Assembly (NCBI GenBank): GCA_963663965.2
Contig: CAXXFK010000010.1
Coordinates: 192,001 to 256,000, forward strand
DNA from: Sedimentisphaerales bacterium
GTDB lineage: Bacteria; Planctomycetota; Phycisphaerae; Sedimentisphaerales; SM23-30
Reading direction: 5' to 3'
Length of the DNA stretch: 64,000 nt
The notes beneath the pieces were generated by a model. It was not told where the DNA came from. It searched no databases and was given only the letters and a program-made list of their open reading frames with translations. The position numbers were made by a program, and so were the translations under genes. This document shows positions 1 through 11,100 of this stretch, one piece after another. Every line of letters starts with the position of its first letter. The first letter of the stretch is position 1.

Positions 1-202
1 CTGGTGGCGGAAGAACATTTAAAACACCTTCAAGATCACAACATAAAGACAAATATAACTTGTAATAGTTTCTGGCTTCCGGGCCGGAACGAAGAATGTC
101 TTCCATCTGTATGACTTCTTCCTGCGTTATCACCCCATCGCGAAAGCGAGATATCAGCACTCGTAACGTATCATATTTTGTGTCCTTTACCGAATCTCTC
201 AT
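1..202 (-). CDS. 5' part of a probable anti-sigma (FecR-like) protein, runs off the window edge
   Basis: Not in the ORF track. ATG at 202-200 overlaps the sigma factor stop (ATGA). The frame is open to the window end: MRDSVKDTKYDTLRVLISRFRDGVITQEEVIQMEDILRSGPEARNYYKLYLSLCCDLEG..., resembling the N-termini of planctomycete anti-sigma proteins that follow ECF sigmas. Confidence 0.65.
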   Translation of the reverse strand, partial: MRDSVKDTKYDTLRVLISRFRDGVITQEEVIQMEDILRSGPEARNYYKLYLSLCCDLEGVLNVLPPP

Positions 203-729
203 ATCTCAGATATCTCCAATTTCCGGCAAATACACTTCATGAGCAGTGACAAAATCCGGGATTCATTTCGATAAATCGTATTCATGGCCACCCCAATTAA
301 CATGGAGAGTTCACGAGCTGTTTTTTTTTGAACAAAACGATAATTAATCAATAACTGGTCTTTATCTTTTAATTTCTTTAAACATGACCGAAGCGCGTCC
401 AGCCTGTCGCTTTCATTGTCTAACAGTTTAAAAGATTCTTTCGATAATAGTTCAATCATATCCGAACTTAATTGTACTTTGGTATTATATTTGCTGCGAT
501 ACTTTAAAACCTGCAATTTGGCAATTGTAATCGCCCACGCACAGAAATTAGTACCAATTTCGAACTTTTCAAACTTCTCCCACAGAATTTTAGATGTTTC
601 CTGAAAGATATCGTCAGCGTCTGAAGAATTTGGTACAAGTGCAAAGATATATGCCCTGATTCGACTATAATTCGAAGTAAACAGTTCAAGGAAAGCTACA
701 TTTCCCTCATTTGTACCAAATTTCAACAT
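199..729 (-). CDS. ECF sigma-70 factor (Rhodopirellula/Verrucomicrobium-type)
   Basis: Region 2 motif 'IRAYIFALVPNSSDADDIFQET...W..F..F..GTNFCAWAITIAKLQVL' and a region 4 HTH. Start moved to ATG 729 because GGAG precedes it. Confidence 0.9.
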   Translation of the reverse strand: MLKFGTNEGNVAFLELFTSNYSRIRAYIFALVPNSSDADDIFQETSKILWEKFEKFEIGTNFCAWAITIAKLQVLKYRSKYNTKVQLSSDMIELLSKESFKLLDNESDRLDALRSCLKKLKDKDQLLINYRFVQKKTARELSMLIGVAMNTIYRNESRILSLLMKCICRKLEISEI

Positions 730-1592
730 TCTTCTCCATTCGTAGATAGATTTCAACGTGACTAGAAACATGGCCTTTCTAATATATAATCCATTTAAAA
801 AGTGTTTTTCACACATTTGAGATATGTTATTCTGATATTTTTTAATTTCTCCAGTTAGAAAGACACCTTATTATCCTGAATATTGGTAATGCTATAGAAA
901 CATAGGTCCTATAACTTCTGAGAGATGCTGCCATTAGTATATGGAACATGAGGTAAAAATGCCTGAAACTCGAAGGCTGTTAAAATGAAATTTTACTGAA
1001 GACCGTTTTCCTGTCGACAGTATTTTATCAGATTTTACGGAAATATTATCATTGGCACCAGTTACATATTAAAACTCTAAGCACTTGCTAAAGAGTACTT
1101 TAACGCAAATTAGCCAATCACGACTCTTATGATCTTTCAGACCATCGTATGCTATAATTCAACCTGTTTGTTAAAGAATGGCTCATAGGATATGATGGAT
1201 TTCGGCGATGGTTTTTAACTTTAAATGAATAGTTGACAGGCCTATCGACACCGAGATACCACAATACCGACAACCGATAGCCAGTAATAAAGTTGCATAC
1301 CAACCAAATTATAACTATTTAAAAATAAATGACTTACTCCACCTTTCACTGTTTTAATATTTCATTTCAGGGAAAATTATCTTATATACAGATTCACGGT
1401 TAGTTATGTAATCTCCGGTTAATGCTGTTAGTGTCTGATACCATTTAAGCATACAGTGTACCTCCGAAATTCACTTTTTTTGTGATTTGCTTAAAACGTA
1501 ACCTTAACTGGCGTATTAAATGACTCATAGTAATAAGTCTATAAATTCCTTCAGCATAGAGTTGATTAACCATAGGCGGGCTTATAAATTGG

Positions 1593-1622
1593 AAAAGTCC
1601 AGTCAGATTTACTGGCTGGACT
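1593..1622 (-). terminator. Intrinsic terminator closing the surface-protein operon
   Basis: Minus strand reads AGTCCAGCCAG-taaat-CTGACTGGACT followed by a short T run, ~40 bp after the stop at 1661. Confidence 0.6.
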
Positions 1623-1660
1623 ATAATAAATGAGTACTTGCGACAATCAATAACGATTCG

Positions 1661-4600
1661 TTATTTATTCATGTTCTCCTGCCAGCTTGTGCTTAGCATA
1701 TCCAGATCAAGTACATCGACATTGCCGGAACGGTTCAAATCGGCGCCTTCGCACCAGGATGGTTCGTAACAATCAGCGCCAAACCACTGGTATGACAACA
1801 TCAGGAAATCGTTCAAGTCCACGACACGGTCACGCACGACATCACCAGCGGGGAAAGGCTCAATCTGGCCCAACATGGTGTAATTGGGTGTTTTGGCCAG
1901 GTAGCCTTCATCGAAGGGGATAATGGTTTCATCGCCGGTAAACAGGCTGTTAAGATGAACCCATTGTTTATTCAGACGGGCATAGACATTGAGATCGCCC
2001 AATACCAGTACCGAACCACCACGGATGCGCAGGCCATTAATACCGCCAAACCGGCCGATCCCATTGAGATACAGGGCTTCCCGGCCAGATGTGCCGCGAT
2101 TGCCATTGTCTTTAATATCTAATAATTGCAGTTCGGTCGGCTGACCATCCCGCCCCACGACTAACTGACCGATCGAAAAATTGCCCGCAACCGGTTCGTT
2201 AACCGACGGCAAGCCGGTATCTTCGCCGCCGGCTTCCAGATACTGCAAGGTCTTATCAGTAATGACATCGCCCGCCGGCATGATGGTATTGTCAAAAACC
2301 GAAGGTTGCGGGTTTTCTACGGCTCCATTCATGACTATATAAGCGCCGTCCATTTTGACCTGGCTCTCATCGGTATTACTGAAAAGAAAATGCTTGCCAA
2401 TTTCCAGAACTGACAGATCTGCCAGAGACAACCTGCTACTGGAAGTGAGTTGCAATTCACCCTTAAATTGAAACGCTCCCGCTTTATCGGCCGCGATCAA
2501 CTGGGTGTTAACCGGTGTAACCAGCTCATCAAAAACATACTGACCGTTGCCATAAGTATAAAAATGAACACTGCCGGAATTGGCGCTTGTTATGGTTTGA
2601 AGGCTACTCATATCAATAATCGAATTCTTATTACAAATAAAGTACAATCGGTCATCACTGTAATAAGGCGATCGTATCGTCTCAACACTGGATAAATCTA
2701 TCCGACCTCCTTGCTCAGCCTTAACATAATGATAATTATAGCTCCATCCATAACTATGGCCCGCATCCAAATAAGTCAATGAGGATAGATCCAGTATCGA
2801 TCCTTCACCCACTGCTCGATATTGATCAATTTCATGCGTATCATACGCTACAATGGCAACCTGATCCGCAACAATTTCTCCTGTGCCCCACTGCTTGCCA
2901 TCTTTGACCATAAACCTCGCCCCATCAATCTTGGTCAATCCACCGGTTGAAAATAACCTTGTCGGATCCAGTTCCAACCAGGCAATCGGACCGGAAAATT
3001 CTTTTAATGACGGCGCAATAAATGAGGCCGAAGATAATTCGTCATTAGAAAAATATAACCTGGAATCTACCATCTTTGATAATTCAGGAGTATTTATCTC
3101 AACATCATTATATAGATACAGATTACTTCGATACACCTGTTGCAACGATGGGAATGCCCAATCATTATAGGCCTGAATATATGCATACCCAACATTGGCG
3201 CTGTTAATCATTCTCAAACTACTCAAGTCAATTTCCGAGTCTGAATCACATATTAAATACAATCGGTCATCACTGTAATAAGGCGATCGTATCGCCTCGA
3301 CAGCGGATAAATCGACCCGGCCCCCTTGCTCGGCCTTGATATAATGATAATTATAGCTCCATCCATAACTATGGCCCGCATCCAAATAGGTCAATGAGGA
3401 CAGATCCAGTATCGAACCTTCACCCACTGCTCGATATTGATCAATCTCATGCGCGTCATACGCTACCATAGTAACCTGATCCGCAACAACTTCTGCTGTC
3501 CCCCATTGCTTGCCACCTTTTACCGTAAACCTCGCTCCATCTATGTTGGTCAATCCTCCGGTTAAAAATGATCTTGTCGGATCCAGTTCCAACCAGGCAA
3601 TGGGACCGGAAAATTCTTTTAACGACGGCGCAATAAATGAGCTTGAGGAAAAATCATCGTTTGAATAATATAGTCTGCTATTAACCATCTTCAGCAATTC
3701 TGGAGCATTTATCTCAACATCATTGTAAAGATAAAAAAAACTTTGAGTGACCTGCTGCAATAATGGAAATGCCCAATCATTATAGGTCTGAATGAATGTA
3801 TAGCCGGCATTGGCGCTATTAATCGTTCTCAAACTACTCAAGTCAATTGCCGAGTCTGAATCACATATTAAATACAATCGGTCATCACTGTAATAGGGCG
3901 AACGTATTGTCTCAACACTGGATAAATCGACCAGACCCCCTTGCTCGGCCTTGACATAATGATAATTATAGCTCCATCCATAACTATGGCCCGCATCCAA
4001 ATAGGTCAATGAGGACAGATCCAGTATCGATCCTTCACCCACTGCTCGATATTGATCAATTTCATGCGTATCATACGCTACAATGGCAACCTGTTCCGCA
4101 ACAATATCCCCTGCACCCCACTGTTTGCCATCTTTTACCGAAAACCTCGCTCCATCAATATTGGTCAATCCACCCGTCGAAAATGACCTCGTTGGATCCA
4201 GTTCCAACCAGGCAATCGGACCGGAGAATTCTTTTAATGACGGCGCCACAAATGAGGCCGAGGAAAATCCGTCATTAGAAAAATATAACCTGGAATCTAC
4301 CATCTTTGACAATTCAGGAGTACTTACCTCAACATCATTATATAAATACAGATAACTTCGAGACACCTGTTGCAATGATGGGAATGCCCAGTCATTATAG
4401 GTCTGTATAAACGTATACCCAACATTGGCGCTGTTAATCGTTCTCAAACTACTCAAGTCAATTTCCGAGTCTGAATCACATATCAAATACAATCGATCAT
4501 CACTGTTATAAGGCGATCGTATCGTCTCAACACCGGAAAAATCAATCTTTCCACCCATTAGCGCTTTGATGTAATTATAATTATAACTCCACCCATAACT

Positions 4601-5161
4601 GTGGCCCGCATCCAAATAGGTCAATGAGGACAGATCCAGTATCGATCCTTCACCCACTGCTCGATATTGATCAATATCATGTGTACTAGTTGTAGATATT
4701 GAAACATTGGAAACAGGAACATTAATATACCCACCGTTATTAACATAAAATTTCGCCAATCCGCTGGTAATTAAATAATCCCCGCCCGGTATCACATCAA
4801 ACCGGGCATTATCCGCATTGATATTGCCATTGAACAGCCCAATATCCGTTACCGTAATATCAGAATAAGGTTTCAGATTAAACGTTTTATCCTGGGCCAG
4901 ATAAAAACCGTATAACTGGATCGGTACATCCATCTCATACTCGACGGAAGTCCCTGAAGAAATATTGGCGATATAGTCATCCCAGTAATCATCGAAGGGC
5001 ACGATGCCAATATCCCAGTTACTGCCATTCCAGTAATCAGTGGATACTGCCCCGGTCCAGTTGGCCGTGACGGTATCGGCTCGAAGCGGCATCATGACCG
5101 TTAACAGACCAGGTATCAGGCAAAGCCATACTAAATGTTTAGATTTCACATTCTGACGCAT
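1661..5161 (-). CDS. Secreted tandem-repeat (beta-solenoid/LRR-like) protein with C-terminal dockerin-like pair
   Basis: Signal peptide; ~3.4 copies of a 205-aa unit containing PxLxx motifs; C-terminal 'DVVRDRVVDLNDFLML..QW...DLNRSGNVDVLDLDML..SW'. Confidence 0.85.
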   Translation of the reverse strand: MRQNVKSKHLVWLCLIPGLLTVMMPLRADTVTANWTGAVSTDYWNGSNWDIGIVPFDDYWDDYIANISSGTSVEYEMDVPIQLYGFYLAQDKTFNLKPYSDITVTDIGLFNGNINADNARFDVIPGGDYLITSGLAKFYVNNGGYINVPVSNVSISTTSTHDIDQYRAVGEGSILDLSSLTYLDAGHSYGWSYNYNYIKALMGGKIDFSGVETIRSPYNSDDRLYLICDSDSEIDLSSLRTINSANVGYTFIQTYNDWAFPSLQQVSRSYLYLYNDVEVSTPELSKMVDSRLYFSNDGFSSASFVAPSLKEFSGPIAWLELDPTRSFSTGGLTNIDGARFSVKDGKQWGAGDIVAEQVAIVAYDTHEIDQYRAVGEGSILDLSSLTYLDAGHSYGWSYNYHYVKAEQGGLVDLSSVETIRSPYYSDDRLYLICDSDSAIDLSSLRTINSANAGYTFIQTYNDWAFPLLQQVTQSFFYLYNDVEINAPELLKMVNSRLYYSNDDFSSSSFIAPSLKEFSGPIAWLELDPTRSFLTGGLTNIDGARFTVKGGKQWGTAEVVADQVTMVAYDAHEIDQYRAVGEGSILDLSSLTYLDAGHSYGWSYNYHYIKAEQGGRVDLSAVEAIRSPYYSDDRLYLICDSDSEIDLSSLRMINSANVGYAYIQAYNDWAFPSLQQVYRSNLYLYNDVEINTPELSKMVDSRLYFSNDELSSASFIAPSLKEFSGPIAWLELDPTRLFSTGGLTKIDGARFMVKDGKQWGTGEIVADQVAIVAYDTHEIDQYRAVGEGSILDLSSLTYLDAGHSYGWSYNYHYVKAEQGGRIDLSSVETIRSPYYSDDRLYFICNKNSIIDMSSLQTITSANSGSVHFYTYGNGQYVFDELVTPVNTQLIAADKAGAFQFKGELQLTSSSRLSLADLSVLEIGKHFLFSNTDESQVKMDGAYIVMNGAVENPQPSVFDNTIMPAGDVITDKTLQYLEAGGEDTGLPSVNEPVAGNFSIGQLVVGRDGQPTELQLLDIKDNGNRGTSGREALYLNGIGRFGGINGLRIRGGSVLVLGDLNVYARLNKQWVHLNSLFTGDETIIPFDEGYLAKTPNYTMLGQIEPFPAGDVVRDRVVDLNDFLMLSYQWFGADCYEPSWCEGADLNRSGNVDVLDLDMLSTSWQENMNK
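2640..4682 (-). repeat. Intragenic tandem repeat, 615-bp period (boundaries approximate)
   Basis: CCAGTATCGA anchor at 2791, 3406, 4021 and 4636. Confidence 0.95.
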
Positions 5162-5196
5162 AATTGAATCTCCTTATTATAACTGTTATTCCTGTC

Positions 5197-8100
5197 TTAG
5201 TTGTTCTGTTTAAGCCATTCACGGGCCAATATAGTATAATCCAGCCAGTTCACCACACCATCGCCATCCGGTGGTGGCGCAATATCTGTGACAGGATTGC
5301 TATCGAGCCAGCCTTCGGCCAGTTGCAATAAATCAAGGGTGTCGACTGCACCGTTCTTATCAAAATCACTCCATAATCCAGACCGGGTCATCCACGGGAT
5401 CTGATATAGATTAAACGGTTCACTGTGATCGACGATCATATGAATGGTACCGATACCCGACGAACTCTTGCCCGGTTCAATCAGGTTATAGAAAATGCTG
5501 GAAGACAACAATTCGACGTTATCCGGTGGATTGATCATCAGGAAGTATAAATCATCGATGCCGTCATAGACACATTCATTTTTCAGCTCAACCGAATAGA
5601 CATATTCATATAAGGTCCGCCCAACTCGCCTGGATGACATCAAGTGATATCCGGCCAGATCGGGTTCGCAAACCTCTGGTATGGCCACCAGGAATGTCCC
5701 CAGCAATTGATTGGCCATGGTATTCCCACTGGTATCGGCCACCTGGCCGGCGTTCAGAATAATTTCATAGACGCCATTATCGCTGACATCCCAACTGCCA
5801 TCGGGGCCGGATACCTGATAGGTTACCCAGCGCGGTGTGCCATTTTCATCATTATCCACAGCAACAAACCCGGCGTAAGCAGTAAAATTATCGGGACCGG
5901 CAATGACAATATCCTGACTGTCAAACGTCACGGTATCCAAAGCGACATTGTCCGTATACAATACTCTAAACTGATAGGCCTCTATTTGAGGCGTCGTAAC
6001 GATTTCGGTTTCCAATGCATTAAAGGATGGCGGAGTCAGGTCCGTCGATTCGAAGTACAAGGTATACTGACCGGAACCGCCCTGATCGAACAGATGGATC
6101 ATATGTTCACGAACGGATTTTTCGCCATCACGATGGGTACGGTCGGTCTGCCAGGCATTGAAGTTCATGATCAATTCTTTGCCATCGGAGCGACGAACCC
6201 GGGTCAAGGTATATTGACCGTTATACGGGTCAGCAAATTTGAGATAGGCCCATCCCTGGGGCATTGTCACAACCGCAGTGGCCTGGTACAGCGCCATCTG
6301 TGGATGGACAATGGCATTCAACACCGGGGTTACTGCTTCGACACCGCCATCACTGAAATGGACCTCATCAGGCAGATCCTGGCGTTGATAATCGTTGGGA
6401 TCTTCGTACGGATCATCCGGCCAGATGGTGTTGTTGACCATAAAATCGGGCAGGCCATCGTCTGTGGCGCCGCCACGAACCGTATGGATCAATTCATAAA
6501 TCTGGACATCATCCACCAACGACAAACGCGGATCGTCAATTGGACCCAGGTGCTCATAGGATGCGCTGTACTCAATGAAATGGCCCTGCAGCGTTGAGGT
6601 CATCAGCCAGCGAACCACCTTGCTTTCATTGGGATACAGATCGCCCAGACTCAAATTGAGCGAAGGATTGACCTGCTGGGTTCCAACCTGGGCGCCGATC
6701 AATTTGAAATCGATCAACAAGCCCTTTTCGTTTTCAACAATTTTCGGTTGACTGGAGGTGATCCGGATATTGCGCGCCGAACCATATCCCTTATTGGTCA
6801 TGATCATACCCAGCGTAAACGGTTCTGCCAGTTCGATCTCGTCGGTCCAGGGATCATCGCTGAAGACATCCCGCTGCCAGAAATACTTGAGATACAGACT
6901 CGGATCAGGCTTGACCGTAATGGGCGCCGGTTCCAGCGGCACGACCACGCTGCGGCCATTCTGGGTATAATAGAATACGCCACTAACGGTGTAATCCTGA
7001 TCTTCAATCGGGGCCGCCTCGGGATAAGGCACGATCAGCCAGGACAACGACCCGGACATATCGGGCAGCAGAATCCCTTTGGACTCAAACTCATCCAAAT
7101 TATCATAGACCGGATGATCGATGGCGAAACGATCGGTGGCCAGATTGCCTTCGGCATCATAAACAGTGATATCAACGGAAATATCCGTAACCGGTTCCAC
7201 CTTATCAGGATTATCGATTTCCAGTTTGGCGGTAAAGGCCGTACGCGTAACCGCGACACGCTGTTCAATCTGTAAACGCACCTGGGCACAGACACCATCA
7301 TCTTCAGCCGGTTCAGGCATAATTTCATCATTTAATTGTTGATCGGCTTTTAATTCAATCTTCTTTGGAGTCATTCTCGATATATAAATATATGAAGGCA
7401 GATTATCGACTAACTGGTCGACCAGAGCCGTCTCAATATCATCATGCGCCATAACTAAGAAGTCAGAAAATTCATCTGATACTGGTGATGCTGATTTGGG
7501 ACTCCCATCACACATGTAACCATCACAACCATCATCGATTGGACACACCAGATAATGTCTTTGGTCAGGATCGCCAAGTTGGACGGACGGCCATCCGGAA
7601 ACACAGTCTCCCAAATTGGCTTTTATGCCGGCCATATAATAAATCCCCTTGAAACATCCTCCCTTATCCCAGGCGCCATTTTCATATTTCAAATACAGAT
7701 TAGCACCAGTCTGGGCATTTAAAGCAACTTTGAAGGGTTCACATTCAAAAGCACAAGGCAAATCGCCGCCAATATTAATACTAACATTACCTTCCCCCCC
7801 CAGATAACCATCTAAGCCTATGTTTGCGCTGGCGGTTATATCCGGATTACCAAAATTACAGCCAGAATTGAATTGAGCACCCGCATTAGCATATGGAGTT
7901 ATCTCGGCACCGGCTTTAATTTTTCCGCTGACACTGCCACCGATGGTAACATCCTCAAGGAATTCGCCTTCCCGGCAGGGATTGACAACATTGTGAATCG
8001 TGATAGATGGGGTTGAAAAAGATATTTCTTTTTCGAAGCCAACACCTATGGGGAACTTAATATCAATACCGACATCGGCTTTAATCTCAAAACCAATGCC

Positions 8101-11100
8101 CCCTTCTTCGGTACAACAAGTACAAATGGTTCCTTCAGCTTTAATCTCGACTTCTGGATCCAATAGTCCTCCCGTTTTAACTTTCACAAATGTAGCAATT
8201 GCCTCACCAATAAAATCCAGATAACTGCTTACATCCACCGTACGGCACCAGGGTTTATAAACTGCCGGATCACATTTTTTACATTCTACCGGAGGGGTAT
8301 ACTTTGGTTCAATCTGATAGGGTTTACCCGGGCCGCCCTGGCCGCCACCGGCAATCCAGCCGCCACCGCCACCACCCGAACTACCCGGTCCGCCACAACC
8401 CGGTACAACATTGTAAATGGGGATTGGGATCGAATAATATTGGGTTCCGATACAAACCAAGGCATATTTAACGCCGGCATAGATCCAACAATCGAATCCA
8501 GAAGCCGGCATAATTCCGCTACCGTCAGCCTGAGGCGAGATCTTCTCGATGATCACTGGGACAACCATTTTCTGTTTGGCTTCCAACCGTCCCAGATCCT
8601 CAATCAAGGGCGTGATCCGCCAGAGTGGATGGGAACCGAAATTCAATTCAACATCATTCACGGCGATCAAGCCATGATTTTCGACGGTAAAATCTATTTG
8701 GGTCACCGAATCGCTGATCTGAGCCAGATCCAGTAACGGTGGGTCGATGGTAATAACCGGGGTGGGCACATTGGTTTCAAACACCGCTTCCAGAACGACC
8801 AGCGTCACATCGTCAATTTCGGTTTCGGTCACCGTCCAGTTATAGCTGATCGTTTCGCGGGGCATAAAGGCGCGTATCAGATTGACCTGGCCGGATTCGA
8901 CCAGAATCGTCTCCTGGTAGGCGGCGTGTTTTTCGGCGTCGACCCGCAGAACATAATAGCCTTCGTGAATGCCCTCAAACAGGGCGGGTTGATTGTCATC
9001 CCCGGTGATCTGTTCATTTAATACCTGGAAAGTCTTGGGATCACGTAACGTTACCCGCGCGTAAGGCACCAAGGGTCCGGATTCGCTGTATTCACCGGTT
9101 GACCAGAAGGTATATTCATCTTCAACCTGTACCACCAGGTCCCCGGTGCGATTTGACCTGGCTTCAATCCGGTAATTGATGGCATCGCCATACGTATAAG
9201 CCGGATCCGCCACGGAGATCAAACCGCTATAAGTTCCCAAAGCGATATCGATATCCGGTTGCAGATTGATAATCACCGTAGCGACATCACCGGTATCCAG
9301 TGCCGGCAGTGCGGGAGTGGTCAGATGCATCCAGGGCGTATTATCCGGCAAAAAGACCTGAAGGTTTTCCGCCCGGCCCGTACCGATGTTTTTTACATCA
9401 AAGCTGAACAAAGTCTGTTCACCGGCCACCATGGCCGTATTGATATTTTTGGGGCTGATGACCAGATAGGGTTCAAGATGCCTGACGTACAGATTCAGAA
9501 TGAACGATGCCTGAGCCCCTTCAGCGCTGCTAAAGGTTAGTGGTATGGGATACACATCACTGGCCTGGCCTGAAGCGCTCAAATAGATATCTACCGGCAG
9601 ACTGCCCGATGGCTCCAGATAATTACGGGCGGGATTGAGTTCGACGCGGACATCGGATGGAATACCCGAAACCTGAGCCTGAATATCCGTCAGGAAACTA
9701 TCTCCCAGATTAACCAGATTGATTCGCTTCACGATTGAGCTGTTATCCGGATTGATTTCCACATGCGTGAAACCTGATTGCACTTTCATGCCATGCAATA
9801 CAAAGGTATCCTGGATCGCCGGCTTGATATTACCCGGAGTGCCGGTGCGAATGGTGTAGGAACCGGCTTCGTTCGCCAGGGGCTGGAACGTGATTTCATA
9901 CTGACCATTTTCATCGGAAATCAGCATTCCGCCCTGATCGTTTTGCGTGACCAGGCGATCACTGCCTTTTACCGAGATCCGCAAAGCCAGCGGCATATCA
10001 GCCAGTTGATTGCCTGATATCGGATCGCGAGCCTGGCCGGTGATTACAATCGGGGTCCCCGCGGGGGCAGCCTCAATATTGGTCCGGGCCGTTACCTCAT
10101 AATCCATCACGTTAATCAATAAACTGGTATTGATTTCGTTGTTACTTTCGCCACCGGTTAATCCTTCGTTGACTGCATCGGTCCGGTCAGTAATAATCTT
10201 CAGATAATAATCGCCCGGAATCCAGGGCAGATTCACCGGAATAGCATTGGAATACGTTTCGTTCGGATCCAGCGGGCTGTCATGCATGTTTTCCGCCAGA
10301 AATGTTTCCTGCTGCGTATCGTAATTTACCGCAACGATCCGATCGGTCCAGGTTCCGGCGGCAATAGCCTCGCCGGTATTACGGACCTGATAGTCAACGG
10401 TAATATTCTGACCAACCAATCCACCCGTGGCGTATTGAATGCTTTCCTGAACGATCGTCAAGTCCGGCCGCAAGGGCTGATCGACTTGAACGACAACATC
10501 CGAAAAGGCGTAATTAGTTTCATTCGTTTCAACCAGTCTGTTTTCGGTGTCTGTGATAACTAACCAGTAATAATTCCCCTGGATGCGACCCGGAATCACA
10601 ATATCTCGGGCCACATCATAAGCGTCTAATCCCGCGACATCGCTGTTTCTGACATACGATGTCACATAGATATCATCACCCACTTCCTGGTCATTCGACA
10701 GATAGATCGTATCGATCCACCAGGCGCGCGCCGTCGCTTCGCTATGGTTTGTCACCTGCCAGTGAATCGATTCTTCTGCATCAGCAACGACCATATCCGG
10801 AAAATCGATAAAGACCGGATTCAGATCAGGCAGGACCAATTCCGATTTTATCGACGCAACCATGGTATTGTTGCTTTCATTCAGTTCCGATAGGGTATCC
10901 TGATAATCGACTTCAACGATGATATAATACCCATTCGGAAGATCAGGAACCACCACCTGCTCAGTGCGAATCACACTTTGATCGGGAGCCAGATCATTAT
11001 CCTTAAAGAAATAATTGGCCAACAGCCGGTCATTACCCGGTTGATTATCATGGGAGGCGTAAATCCGTTCGGTCCAGTGTCCGGTTGCCGATCCGGCGCC

